From: Desulfatiglandales bacterium
GTDB taxonomy: Bacteria; Desulfobacterota; DSM-4660; Desulfatiglandales; Desulfatiglandaceae
DNA length: 64,000 nucleotides
Assembly: GCA_963662465.1 (NCBI GenBank)
Contig: OY759599.1
Location: forward strand, 64,001 to 128,000
Direction: 5' to 3'
Position numbers and translations under genes: made by a program. Positions within the stretch are counted from its first letter, which is position 1, and each line of letters opens with the position of its first letter. The notes under the pieces were generated by a model. The model was not told the origin of the DNA. It made no database searches and saw nothing but the letters and a program-made list of their open reading frames with translations. This document shows, piece after piece, positions 21,807 to 31,972 of this stretch.

Positions 21807-21879
21807 CGCAGATTGGGGTTCTCGCGCAAAGACGCAGAGGCGCAAGGGCTAGAAGATCAGAAGGTCAGGGGTTTCTGGG

Positions 21880-22278
21880 ATGCAAATTGATTTTCATCAT
21901 ACTGTAACATATGTGGTAGCCAGGTTGGCGGGTTTTGGGCACAGAGAGGCTGAGGTCGTCTCTTACTGCGCCCAGTATGTGGACGATGCGACGAACACTG
22001 GCGAGATCATTTTTGAGAATGGCGCCATGTATGGCCGCATCTGTTCAGCGCACAAGGGTTTGGACTACCGGCACTTTGATGCTCTGGCCAGTCGCAGGGT
22101 GTGGGTGCCGTTTCATTTTCTGCCGGCAAATGGTGGTAAGAAGGCGGGGGAAAATCCGTATGGGACCTTCATTGATAAGTTGGTGTGTGGACCAGACAGT
22201 CATGTGCTGAGAGATATGGTGCGAATGTGCATTGAAAAGCGGGACGCTCTGTTTGGCTTGCATCGGCTGGGGATTTAA
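21880..22278 (+). pseudogene. DUF6765-like protein, probably truncated at the satellite
   Basis: MQIDFHH, AQYVDDA, WVPFHFLP; stops 10 bp before the array. Confidence 0.6.
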
Positions 22279-22287
22279 ATACAGTGA

Positions 22288-24975
22288 TGAGTTTTGGGTT
22301 TTGGGTTTTGAGTTAAAGGAAACGTCCTGATTATGGTTGATAGGAAGATCTTTAAAGGCAGTTTTGGGTTATGGGTTAGGGAACAGCAGTTTTGGGTTTT
22401 GGGTTTTGAGTTTTGAGTTAAAGGAAACGTCCTGATTATGGGTGATAGGAAGATCTTTAAAGGCAGTTTTGAGTTTTGGGTTAGGGAACAGCAGTTTTGG
22501 GTTTTGAGTTTTGGGTTTTGAGTTAAAGGAAACGTCCTGATTATGGGTGATAGGAAGATCTTTAAAGACAGTTTTGGGTTATGGGTTAGGGAACAGCAGT
22601 TTTGGGTTTTGGGTTTTGGGTTTTGAGTTAAAGGAAACGTCCTGATTATGGGTGATAGGAAGATCTTTAAAGGCAGTTTTGAGTTTTGGGTTAGGGAACA
22701 GCAGTTTTGGGTTTTGAGTTTTGGGTTTTGAGTTAAAGGAAACGTCCTGATTATGGGTGATAGGAAGATCTTTAAAGACAGTTTTGGGTTACGGGTTAGG
22801 GAACTGCAGTTTTGAGTTTTGAGTTTTGGGTTTTGAGTTAAAGGAAACGTCCTGATTATGGGTTATGGGAAGATCTTTAAAGGCAGTTTTGGGTTTTGGG
22901 TTAGGGAACAGCAGTTTTGGGTTTTGAGTTTTGAGTTTTGAGTTAAAGGAAACGTCCTGATTATGGGTGATAGGAAGATCTTTAAAGACAGTTTTGGGTT
23001 ATGGGTTAGGGAACTGCAGTTTTGAGTTTTGAGTTTTGGGTTTTGAGTTAAAGGAAACGTCCTGATTATGGGTTATGGGAAGATCTTTAAAGGCAGTTTT
23101 GGGTTTTGGGTTAGGGAACAGCAGTTTTGAGTTTTGGGTTTTGGGTTTTGAGTTAAAGGAAACGTCCTGATTATGGGTTATGGGAAGATCTTTAAAGGCA
23201 GTTTTGGGTTTTGGGTTAGGGAACAGCAGTTTTGGGTTTTGAGTTTTGAGTTTTGAGTTAAAGGAAACGTCCTGATTATGGGTGATAGGAAGATCTTTAA
23301 AGACAGTTTTGGGTTATGGGTTAGGGAACTGCAGTTTTGAGTTTTGAGTTTTGGGTTTTGAGTTAAAGGAAACGTCCTGATTATGGGTGATGGGAAGATC
23401 TTTAAAGACAGTTTTGGGTTATGGGTTAGGGAACAGCAGTTTTGGGTTTTGAGTTTTGGGTTTTGAGTTAAAGGAAACGTCCTGATTATGGTTGATAGGA
23501 AGATCTTTAAAGACAGTTTTGGGTTATGGGTTAGGGAACTGCAGTTTTGGGTTTTGAGTGTTGGGTTTTGAGTTAAAGGAAACGTCCTGATTATGGGTGA
23601 TGGGAAGATCTTTAAAGACAGTTTTGGGTTATGGGTTAGGGAACAGCAGTTTTGGGTTTTGAGTTTTGAGTTTTGAGTTAAAGGAAACGTCCTGATTATG
23701 GTTGATAGGAAGATCTTTAAAGGCAGTTTTGGGTTTTGGGTTAGGGAACAGCAGTTTTGAGTTTTGGGTTTTGAGTTAAAGGAAACGTCCTGATTATGGG
23801 TGATAGGAAGATCTTTAAAGACAGTTTTGGGTTATGGGTTAGGGAACAGCAGTTTTGGGTTTTGAGTTTTGAGTTTTGAGTTAAAGGAAACGTCCTGATT
23901 ATGGGTGATGGGAAGATCTTTAAAGACAGTTTTGGGTTATGGGTTAGGGAACAGCAGTTTTGGGTTTTGAGTTTTGGGTTTTGAGTTAAAGGAAACGTCC
24001 TGATTATGGGTGATAGGGAGATCTTTAAAGGCAGTTTTGGGTTATGGGTTAGGGAACAGCAGTTTTGGGTTTTGAGTTTTGGGTTATGAGTTAAAGGAAA
24101 CGTCCTGATTATGGGTGATGGGAAGATCTTTAAAGACAGTTTTGGGTTATGGGTTAGGGAACAGCAGTTTTGGGTTTTGAGTTTTGAGTTTTGAGTTAAA
24201 GGAAACGTCCTGATTATGGGCGATGGGAAGATCTTTAAAGACAGTTTTGGGTTATGGGTTAGGGAACAGCAGTTTTGGGTTTTGAGTTTTGGGTTTTGAG
24301 TTAAAGGAAACGTCCTGATTATGGGTGATGGGAAGATCTTTAAAGACAGTTTTGGGTTATGGGTTAGGGAACTGCAGTTTTGGGTTTTGGGTTTTGGGTT
24401 TTGAGTTAAAGGAAACGTCCTGATTATGGGTGATGGGAAGATCTTTAAAGACAGTTTTGGGTTATGGGTTAGGGAACAGCAGTTTTGGGTTTTGAGTTTT
24501 GAGTTTTGAGTTAAAGGAAACGTCCTGATTATGGGTGATGGGAAGATCTTTAAAGACAGTTTTGGGTTATGGGTTAGGGAACAGCAGTTTTGGGTTTTGA
24601 GTTTTGAGTTAAAGGAAACGTCCTGATTATGGTTGATAGGAAGATCTTTAAAGACAGTTTTGGGTTTTGGGTTAGGGAACTGCAGTTTTGGGTTTTGAGT
24701 TTTGAGTTTTGAGTTAAAGGAAACGTCCTGATTATGGGTGATGGGAAGATCTTTAAAGACAGTTTTGGGTTATGGGTTAGGGAACAGCAGTTTTGGGTTT
24801 TGAGTTTTGGGTTTTGAGTTAAAGGAAACGTCCTGATTATGGGTGATGGGAAGATCTTTAAAGACAGTTTTGGGTTATGGGTTAGGGAACTGCAGTTTTG
24901 GGTTTTGGGTTTTGGGTTTTGAGTTAAAGGAAACGTCCTGATTATGGGTGATGGGAAGATCTTTAAAGACAGTTT
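22288..24975 (+). repeat. Tandem satellite: 26 copies of a 105-bp unit (two units are 98 bp)
   Basis: Core AAGGAAACGTCCTGATTATG recurs at 22316, 22421, 22526 ... 24927; unit contains TTTTG(G/A)G heptamer blocks. Confidence 0.97.
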
Positions 24976-25041
24976 CCCCCTGTGTCAGGATAGATGTCGC
25001 CTCAATTGAAAAATCAAAACCGGGGGCATTGAGGTGATTTT

Positions 25042-25536
25042 ATGGTATACCCGATTAAAATGAAAGAGGCAGTGATAAAAAAAGTGCAGATGGGTGGAAA
25101 ACCTCATTATGAAATAGCAAGTGAAGCCGGCATCGCTCAGTCCACCTTGACTTACTGGCTCAAAAACCACAAAAAAGACGGGAACAAGAATTTGACTGAA
25201 AAAGAAAAACGCCCCCAAGACTGGACTGTAGAGCAACGACTGAATGCTTTAATGGAAACAGGTGCCATGCCGGAAGGGGAACGTGCTTCCTGGTGCCGTA
25301 AAAGAGGGGTCTTTTCTCACCACCTTGAACAGTGGAAAAAAGACATCCTCTCCTTGTCAACCCCAAACAACTCCGCCCTTAAATTCAAAGGGACTGCCCG
25401 GTTAAAGAAGGAGAATGCCGCTCTGAAAAAAGAGTTGAACCGTAAGGATAAAGCACTTGCCGAGACGGCAGCCTTGCTGGTTCTTAAAAAAAAGCGGACT
25501 TTATCTGGGGGGATCCCAGGGACGATTGATCAGTGA
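25042..25536 (+). CDS. IS3 OrfA (HTH plus coiled coil)
   Basis: IAQSTLTYW HTH; ELNRKDKALAETAALLVLKKK. Confidence 0.88.
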   Translation: MVYPIKMKEAVIKKVQMGGKPHYEIASEAGIAQSTLTYWLKNHKKDGNKNLTEKEKRPQDWTVEQRLNALMETGAMPEGERASWCRKRGVFSHHLEQWKKDILSLSTPNNSALKFKGTARLKKENAALKKELNRKDKALAETAALLVLKKKRTLSGGIPGTIDQ

Positions 25537-26623
25537 AGGCGACAAAAAGGAAGCCTTGGCTCTGATCCAGGAGGCATGCAAGGCCGGGGCACGTAAGCAT
25601 CTTGCAGCAGAGCTTCTGGGGCTGCCGCTTCGGACGGTACAACGCTGGGAAACGCATGGCATTAATGATCACCGTAAAGGCTCCCGGGCTGTGCCCGGCA
25701 ACAAGATATCCCAAAAAGAGAGGGAAAAAATCATGGATGTGCTGACATCATTGGAATTTGGGGATTTTAACCCCCATCAAATTGTTCCCAAACTTGCGGA
25801 TCAAGGTATCTACCTGGGGTCGGAAGCCACCATGTACAGGATTTTGAGAAAGCAGAAAATGAACAAACACCGCCTCTCAAGCCAGGCAGGGGCCCGAAAA
25901 CGCCCGGAGGCGTACATTGCCACAGGCCCCAATCAGGTATGGTCCTGGGATATAACATATTTGCCGGCCCGGGTAAAAGGTCGTTTTTTCTACCTTTATA
26001 TGATTATGGATGTCTACAGCCGTAAAGCAGTGGGATACCAGGTCTATGATTGTGAATCCGGAGAACTTGCAGCAGCTCTGATTACAGACACCTGTAATCA
26101 GGAAAAAATACAAGAGGATCAGTTAGTTCTGCACTCTGATAACGGCGGGCCAATGAAAGCCTTTACCATGCTTGCAAAACTGGAATCCCTGGGGGTAGTG
26201 CCGTCATTCAGCCGCCCCAGGATCAGCAATGACAACCCCTATTCTGAGTCGTTGTTCCGAACCATGAAATATCGTCCGGAATACCCTGAGCATCCCTTTG
26301 AAGACCTGAAGAATGCTCGGGAGTGGACAGAAAAATTCTCCCAATGGTATAACAATGAACACCTTCATAGCGGTATTTGCTTTGTAACTCCTACAGACCG
26401 ACATGAGCGAAAAGATATTGAAATCCTTGAAAAACGTCATCATTTCTACCAAGAGGCAAAGAGTTGTCATCCGGAACGCTGGACTGGGGCAACAAGAAAC
26501 TGGGAGCACATTGGTGAAGTGGCGTTAAACAGGAGGAACAAACCAGGAAAAAACGACCGAAGACGGGAAAAAGGCGGCACTACCCCAGCGCCCGTACCTG
26601 TGTTATTAATTTCGTTATCCTGA
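25457..26623 (+). CDS. IS3 OrfB (rve DDE domain)
   Basis: WSWDITY, LHSDNG, SNDNPYSESLF. Confidence 0.92.
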   Translation: MPRRQPCWFLKKSGLYLGGSQGRLISEGDKKEALALIQEACKAGARKHLAAELLGLPLRTVQRWETHGINDHRKGSRAVPGNKISQKEREKIMDVLTSLEFGDFNPHQIVPKLADQGIYLGSEATMYRILRKQKMNKHRLSSQAGARKRPEAYIATGPNQVWSWDITYLPARVKGRFFYLYMIMDVYSRKAVGYQVYDCESGELAAALITDTCNQEKIQEDQLVLHSDNGGPMKAFTMLAKLESLGVVPSFSRPRISNDNPYSESLFRTMKYRPEYPEHPFEDLKNAREWTEKFSQWYNNEHLHSGICFVTPTDRHERKDIEILEKRHHFYQEAKSCHPERWTGATRNWEHIGEVALNRRNKPGKNDRRREKGGTTPAPVPVLLISLS

Positions 26624-26816
26624 CGGTTTTTACCGAATTGAGGTGACCGGAAAGGGAGGTTTAATGAGCCTTATCGCATGCCTAAACTCATTGTGGTTAT
26701 TTGCTAAACTATTGATATTGTATCAAATAGTTTCTCTTTTTTCCCAAACTGCCCTATAGGTTTACAGATTAACAGGTGACAATTGATGGTTACCTCAATC
26801 CGCAAAATTCCGTCAG
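26620..26816. mobile_element. MITE-like insert in the IS3 right end, about 197 bp
   Basis: Inverted termini CTGACGGTTTTTACCGAATTGAGGTGACC / GGTTACCTCAATCCGCAAAATTCCGTCAG (23/29). Confidence 0.6.
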
Positions 26817-27018
26817 AATATCGTGGCGATGAACACCTGCAAACCAACAGAGTTGATTTTGCCTATGGAGGAGCAAAAAATTCTCATGGCCGAGAATGGG
26901 CCTCTAAAAAAGCTCGTCGGAGGCCATGAGAATTTTTTACGGGTATCGCGATAATTTTTACAAGTTTAGGTGACAACTTGCTTGACATCTACCGGTTTTG
27001 GGTTATGGGTTTTGAGTT

Positions 27019-27414
27019 TTGGGTGAAAACCAGAAGAAAATTGACGAAAGGACTTTTGATTTTGCTTTGTTGGTGGTTGATGCTTACAGGTTTTTGCTGC
27101 ACAAAAAAGAGTTTGTCTTATCCAAGCAATTTTTGAGAGCAGGCACTTCAATAGGTGCCAATGTCACAGAGGCACAGGCGGCTCAGAGTAGAAATGACTT
27201 TATTTCAAAGATGTCCATTGCTTCAAAAGAGGCAAGGGAGACGGATTATTGGGTTCGGCTTCTCAGGAAATCCGGGTATTTTAAAGGGTATGAAAAATTG
27301 GGTATTTTGGAGAAAGATATTTCAAGTATCATGAGGATCTTGACGAGTATCGTAAAAACCACTCGGGAAAATCACCCAAAACCCAACACTCAAAACCCAA
27401 AACCGCTAAAATGA
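27019..27414 (+). CDS. Four-helix-bundle protein (23S rRNA IVP-like family)
   Basis: LSKQFLRAGTSIGANVTEA, FISKMSIASKEARETDYW; both ends lie in heptamer repeats. Confidence 0.92.
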   Translation: MGENQKKIDERTFDFALLVVDAYRFLLHKKEFVLSKQFLRAGTSIGANVTEAQAAQSRNDFISKMSIASKEARETDYWVRLLRKSGYFKGYEKLGILEKDISSIMRILTSIVKTTRENHPKPNTQNPKPLK

Positions 27415-27507
27415 GGTGTTGTATTCATTTAAGCTGGCTCCCAAATCCAAAACGCGGGCCATACCCTCTATGGTGCCGGGATTTGCAAACAAAAAATACT
27501 TTTGCAT
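27406..27507 (-). pseudogene. 33-codon ORF, probably a truncated conserved small protein
   Basis: AGGAGA RBS then MQKYFLFANPGTIEGMARVLDLGASLNEYNTSF*. Confidence 0.45.
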
Positions 27508-27861
27508 AGAAAATCTCCTTTAATGGCACCAGTATAACAACGCAATTTCTCAGAAATCAAGCAGAAATCTACGATTACCAAAAAAAACAGCAGAGGATCA
27601 AAAAAAGTTCTTCAGAAGGAAAATCGGGGTCTGGCTTTCCTTGTTATCGTTTTGGGTGAAAAGGAGATCGATGAATAGGCTTTTGATTTTTCCTTTTTCT
27701 CACCACAAGACACAGAGTTCACTGAGAAAAAATGGAGAGGCGCTTTGATCGCTTCGTCTCTTAGCCTGTTTGCTGCCGATTGCTTGAGGGGGTTGGGAGG
27801 TTGTGGAATGGGGGACGCTGTCCCCGAATTTTGTTTTTCGCGCAAAGACGCAGAGGCGCAG

Positions 27862-27920
27862 GGACCTGGGGGACGTCCATTTGTAATTCAGTAACTCGAT
27901 ATTTTGGCACCCCGGTTAAA
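27862..27920 (+). repeat. 59-bp dispersed direct repeat, copy 1 of 4
   Basis: GGACCTGGGGGACGTCCATTTGTAATTCAGTAACTCGATATTTTGGCACCCCGGTTAAA; also at 29969-30027, 31164-31199 (partial) and 31205-31263. Confidence 0.92.
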
Positions 27921-28023
27921 CCCCAGTGGGGGAAGCGCCCTTAACTTTTTAACTTTAGTTTGGGTTCTCGCGCGGAGGCGCTGAGACGCAAAGAAGAGAG
28001 GAAAAAAAGGTGAGAGGGTTAGC

Positions 28024-28245
28024 AGAGGTCGGATGTCGGAGGTCGGAGGACTGAGGTCGGAGGTCGGAGGTCGGAGGTCGGAGGTCGGAGGTCGGAGGGC
28101 GGATGTCGGATGTCGGAGGTCGGAGGTCGGAGGTCGGAGGACGGAGGACGGAGATCGGAGGACGGAGATCGGGAAAAGACAGAGGTCGGATGTCAGAGGT
28201 CGGAGGTCGGATGTCGGAGGTCGGAGGACGGAAGGCGGAGGACTG
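28024..28245 (+). repeat. Longest tract of GGAGGTC/GGAGGAC/GGATGTC heptamers
   Basis: About 30 degenerate heptamers; related tracts near 21500, 29665, 31395, 31612, 32725, 34360, 35250, 36716, 37140, 38180, 39050, 41293, 46368, 50640, 52340. Confidence 0.95.
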
Positions 28246-28481
28246 ATCGCAGGTCTCAGGAATTGGGCATAAAAACAGCCATTTCAGAATCTTCGGTTTC
28301 ATTCCACGTTTGATATTGTTGAGAAATAGGGGACGCTGGCAACTTTGTAAACTTATTCAGGGCGGTGGTCCACATACCGAAGGAATAGGCTACACTGAAG
28401 CACAAAAGGGTTTTTTGCTTGACGGCGGGGTGTTGGTACTTGGTCGTTGCCATTTGATAAGATTTTGGTTATTATCGGATT

Positions 28482-29481
28482 ATGAGTAATGAAATCGGAT
28501 CAGCGCACAATAATCTGTTCCAGAACATCCTTGGCCGTGAAGATATGGCCAGGGATTTTGTCCGGTATTATATGCCGGCGGAAATCGTCGGCGATCTGGA
28601 CCTGGATACTTTGGAAGTGGCCTCTGAATCGTATATCAGTGATGATCTCAAAGAGAGCCTTTCCGATATCGTACTCAGCCTCCAGCTCAAGGATGGGGAC
28701 CCGGCTGAAATATACATTCTTATGGAACACAAAAGCGGGTTGCACAGAGGCACGCGGCTGCAACTTTTGAATTATATGAACGCCAAATGGCATGAGCTGG
28801 ACAAGGCCGGAGAGTTTCGGGGATCACTGGCTGTTATCATTCCCGTGGTTTTCTACCATGGCAAGAAAAAATGGAGATACAGCCTGGAATTCTCGGACCA
28901 GTTCAATCTGCCTGGAGAGCATTATAGGAGATATGTCCCCAAATTCGAACATATTTTGCATGAAGTTCCGGAGATCAATAAGCGCAAGATCAAATCCACC
29001 ATCGCTCTTGAACATTCATGTGGTGCTGGAGTGTATTTTCTACCCGGAGAAACGGGAGCGAATTTATGAATCCCTTGAGTTGTTGTTTCAGGGGTTAAAC
29101 ACGGATAAGGCCGGCGAGCTGTTTTATGTGTTTGTCAAATACCTGCTTTCCGCCACCGATGTAAACCCCAGAGAGGTGGAAAAGAGGGTAAAACATCTTC
29201 CAAAAGGAGAAGAGACCGTGCGTACTACAGCAGAAGTTTTGAGGAAAGAAGGCTATGACAGTGGAGTGGTTTTCGGCGAACAACATGGCAAGCTTGAAAC
29301 CGCTCAGGAAATGCTCATAGACGTCGCCGGTGAACGATATGGACTTTTGCCTTCCGTACTGGAAGCGAAAATCAAATCCATTAAGTCCATCACGACTTTG
29401 AAAAATTTGGCAAGACAAGTCGTTAAGCTGGACAGGATGGAGGGTTTTGAAAGGCTCGTCAACAAGGCTGTGGATCATTGA
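28482..29481 (+). pseudogene. Rpn/YhgA-like PD-(D/E)XK recombination-promoting nuclease, frameshifted
   Basis: HNNLF, LDLDTL, SDIV, IYILMEHKS, IPVVFYHG; second half continues in another frame near 29010. Confidence 0.85.
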
Positions 29482-30329
29482 TGCCAACTGAACCTCCAAA
29501 CCCCACCCAAAACATAGTACCCCTTCCTTTCCCTTTACCTATTTTAGCCCAAAGCCATTTTGGGCAAGCTGTTCCAATTATCTACTCACCTTGGCCTTGA
29601 GCTTACTCGTAATGGAATAGGACGTTGTTCCGTAATTCCGTTTTTTGCCCACGAATCACACTGAGGACAGAGGACGGAGGACGGAGGTCGGAGGGCGGCG
29701 TGGACGTAGGGAACGTAGTCAACTTGTAAACTTACTGATTGAGAAAAACCATTTTCAGGTGATGGGTGATTGTGTTGCGTGAAAACCCGCGTCTCCCGCG
29801 TGGCCCCTGCTTAGGGACGAGACAAGCAGGCTGGGGCTTGGGTACAGGACGAAAATCCTTTACACAAAATCGATTAATTGTTTATGACCCAGACCTCGTT
29901 ATTTGATCTAACAAGCACCGTTTTTTGGACACCATCCTCGTCATATCAGCTGTATGGAGGCAAATTGTGGACCTGGGGGACGTCCATTTGTAATTCAGTA
30001 ACTCGATATTTTGGCACCCCGGTTAAATGCGTTCCACTCGTCACTGGCGTGAATTTAACGGGGCAGGCGCATTTCACAGATGGCACAGATTAATTGTTTC
30101 GCGCCCAGTGAAACAACTGCAACGAAGGTTTCACAAGGCAGGCAGAGGCGCAAAGATAGAAGCTGAAAACTCAAAGGGGAAAGGACAGGGGGCAAAACTG
30201 CGGGATGGATGGATAAGTAGGGTTTTCACAGTAAGGCGGCAAAGCCGCAGTTTTGGGTTTTGGGTTTTCAGTCATTAAACTTCTTGTTTTTTGGGAAAGA
30301 AGACCAGGTACTATAGCAGCGATTATGGC

Positions 30330-30357
30330 TTGACTTTACACCATAAAGGTGTAAAAT
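30330..30357 (+). promoter_or_regulatory. Sigma70-type promoter overlapping a palindromic operator for mqsRA
   Basis: TTGACT-16-TAAAAT; palindrome TTTACACC-ATAAA-GGTGTAAA at 30335-30355. Confidence 0.75.
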
Positions 30358-30366
30358 GGATAAAGA

Positions 30367-30684
30367 ATGACAGAAAAACGAAAACCAACATACGATATAG
30401 AAGCTTTCAAAACAGCTTTTGCCAATATGGAGAGACTTTCCGCCACGGGCACAGCGCTACGAAGCGCCGCCGCATTGGGATTCGGACGCGCGGAGATCGT
30501 GGCGACGATCCAGTCAATGCAGCGAGGGCACTTTTACAAGTCTATGACCGCTTATGCCAATCATCGACTTTGGCAGGACGTCTACCACGTCCCTTCACCG
30601 GCCGGCGAGTTGTATGTTAAGTTCACCGCCGATACCGTTACAGAGTTTTTGTTGCTATCGTTTAAGGAGAAAGACGATGACTAA
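30367..30684 (+). CDS. mqsR: MqsR-family mRNA interferase toxin
   Basis: EKRKPTYD, FYKSMT, WQDVYH, LLSFKEK. Confidence 0.92.
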   Translation: MTEKRKPTYDIEAFKTAFANMERLSATGTALRSAAALGFGRAEIVATIQSMQRGHFYKSMTAYANHRLWQDVYHVPSPAGELYVKFTADTVTEFLLLSFKEKDDD

Positions 30685-31144
30685 TCCCATTTGTCCGGAA
30701 ACGGGTGCTCCGATGCACCGCGGCGTGCAACCGATAACCATCAGGTACAAGAGCGAGACGATCACTTTCGATATGCCGGGGTGGTACTGCGACCAGTCTG
30801 ATGAGAGCATTCATACCGGCAAGGACATGAAGGTATCCGACCGAATGTTAAATCGCCTTAAAGCCCTTAGCGAAGGGCTGCTTGAACCGGAGGAAATTCG
30901 TCGTATCCGCAAGAAGATTGATCTTACGCAGGAAGTCGCGGGGCGGGTAATCGGTGGTGGCCCGCGTGCCTTCCAAAAATACGAAAGCGGAGACCTGTTG
31001 CCGAGTCGGGCCATCAGTAGCGCCTTGACTTTGCTTGATCATTACCCCGAGGCGTTGGCCGTGCTTAAAGCAGGGCGCGGTATTGAAGAGCCCCTGCCTT
31101 ACAAAACGACGGACCACGGCCATAACCAGAGCGCCGCTTTTTGA
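30677..31144 (+). CDS. mqsA: MqsA-family antitoxin
   Basis: CPETG..GWYC N-terminal domain; GGGPRAFQKYESG HTH. Confidence 0.92.
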   Translation: MTNPICPETGAPMHRGVQPITIRYKSETITFDMPGWYCDQSDESIHTGKDMKVSDRMLNRLKALSEGLLEPEEIRRIRKKIDLTQEVAGRVIGGGPRAFQKYESGDLLPSRAISSALTLLDHYPEALAVLKAGRGIEEPLPYKTTDHGHNQSAAF

Positions 31145-31910
31145 TACCATCATGAAATGCGTGGGACCTGGGGGACATCCATTTGTAATTCAGTAACTCA
31201 ATGAGGACCTGGGGGACGTCCATTTGTAATTCAGTAACTCGATATTTTGGCACCCCAGTTAAATAATAGCAAAAACAGATTTAACCCCGCTACCATCTTC
31301 CAGCACTGCGGGACAGGCGGGGCAGGCGCATTTCACAGATGGCACCCCGGTTGAACACCCTGGAAGGGAACCCGGTTCAACTGGGCAGGGAGGACAGAAG
31401 GCAGAGGTCAGACGACAGAGGACAGGGGACGGAGGACAGAGGACAGAGGACAGGGGACAGAGGACGGAGGGCGGATGTCGGAGGACGGAGATCAGAGGAC
31501 AGATGGCGGAAGACAGATCCCAGGTCTCAGGAATTGGGCATAAAGAACAGCCATTTCAGAATCTTCGGTTCCATTCCACATTCGATATTATTGAGGCGGC
31601 GGAGAATCCCAGAGGTCAGAAGTCGGAGGTCGGTGGTCGGATGTCGGATGTCGGAGGTCGGAGGTCAAGAGGAAAAGAAGGTGAGAGGGTGAGAAGTTAA
31701 GAAGGTGAGAGGGTTAGCAGAGGACAGAGGACGGGGGACGGAAGGCGGAGGGCAGGGATAAAAGAAAAGGATCCCAGGGGTCAGGCTTTCCTTATTGTTG
31801 GTTGTGGGGGGATGTTGAGAGGGTCGCGCTGAGATCCACAGGTTACGCAGATGACACGGATTGGTAAGTATCTGGAAACGCCGCGCCCAGGTTGAATGAA
31901 TAAAAAGGTC

Positions 31911-31939
31911 TTGACTGCCACCGATTGAATGCATAGACT
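31911..31939 (+). promoter_or_regulatory. Putative sigma70 promoter of the Phd/VapC pair
   Basis: TTGACT-17-TAGACT. Confidence 0.6.
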
Positions 31940-31972
31940 AAGTTCATTGAACTCAATTTTATGAGGTGACCC

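Larger units (their letters stand above)
24983..26987 (+). mobile_element. IS3-family element, about 2.0 kb
   Basis: TG...CA ends, imperfect TIRs TGTCAGGATAGATGTCGCCT / AGGTGACAACTTGCTTGACA (15/20); orfA and orfB present; no target duplication seen. Confidence 0.88.

Noticed and set aside
22288..24975. CRISPR or guide-RNA array
   Set aside because: Units are near-identical along their whole length, with no unique spacers and no cas-like genes in the window.
22288..24975. Repeat protein encoded on the - strand (TQNPKLKTQNCCSL...)
   Set aside because: One frame is open in many units, but there is no start or RBS, the GGTTATGG variants create TAA, and the 98-bp units shift the frame.
22288..24975. 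Eukaryotic telomere contamination
   Set aside because: The same unit and heptamers are embedded at other bacterial sites in the window (37174, 39518, 62378).
27019..27414. Diversity-generating retroelement or rRNA intervening sequence
   Set aside because: The fold is Avd-related, but no reverse transcriptase, TR/VR pair or rRNA sequence is seen in the window.
27955..28313. ORFs such as SEVGGRR and PPTSDLR repeats (also 31339, 34287, 34363, 37062)
   Set aside because: They are stop-free translations of heptamer tracts and lack RBS or domain features.
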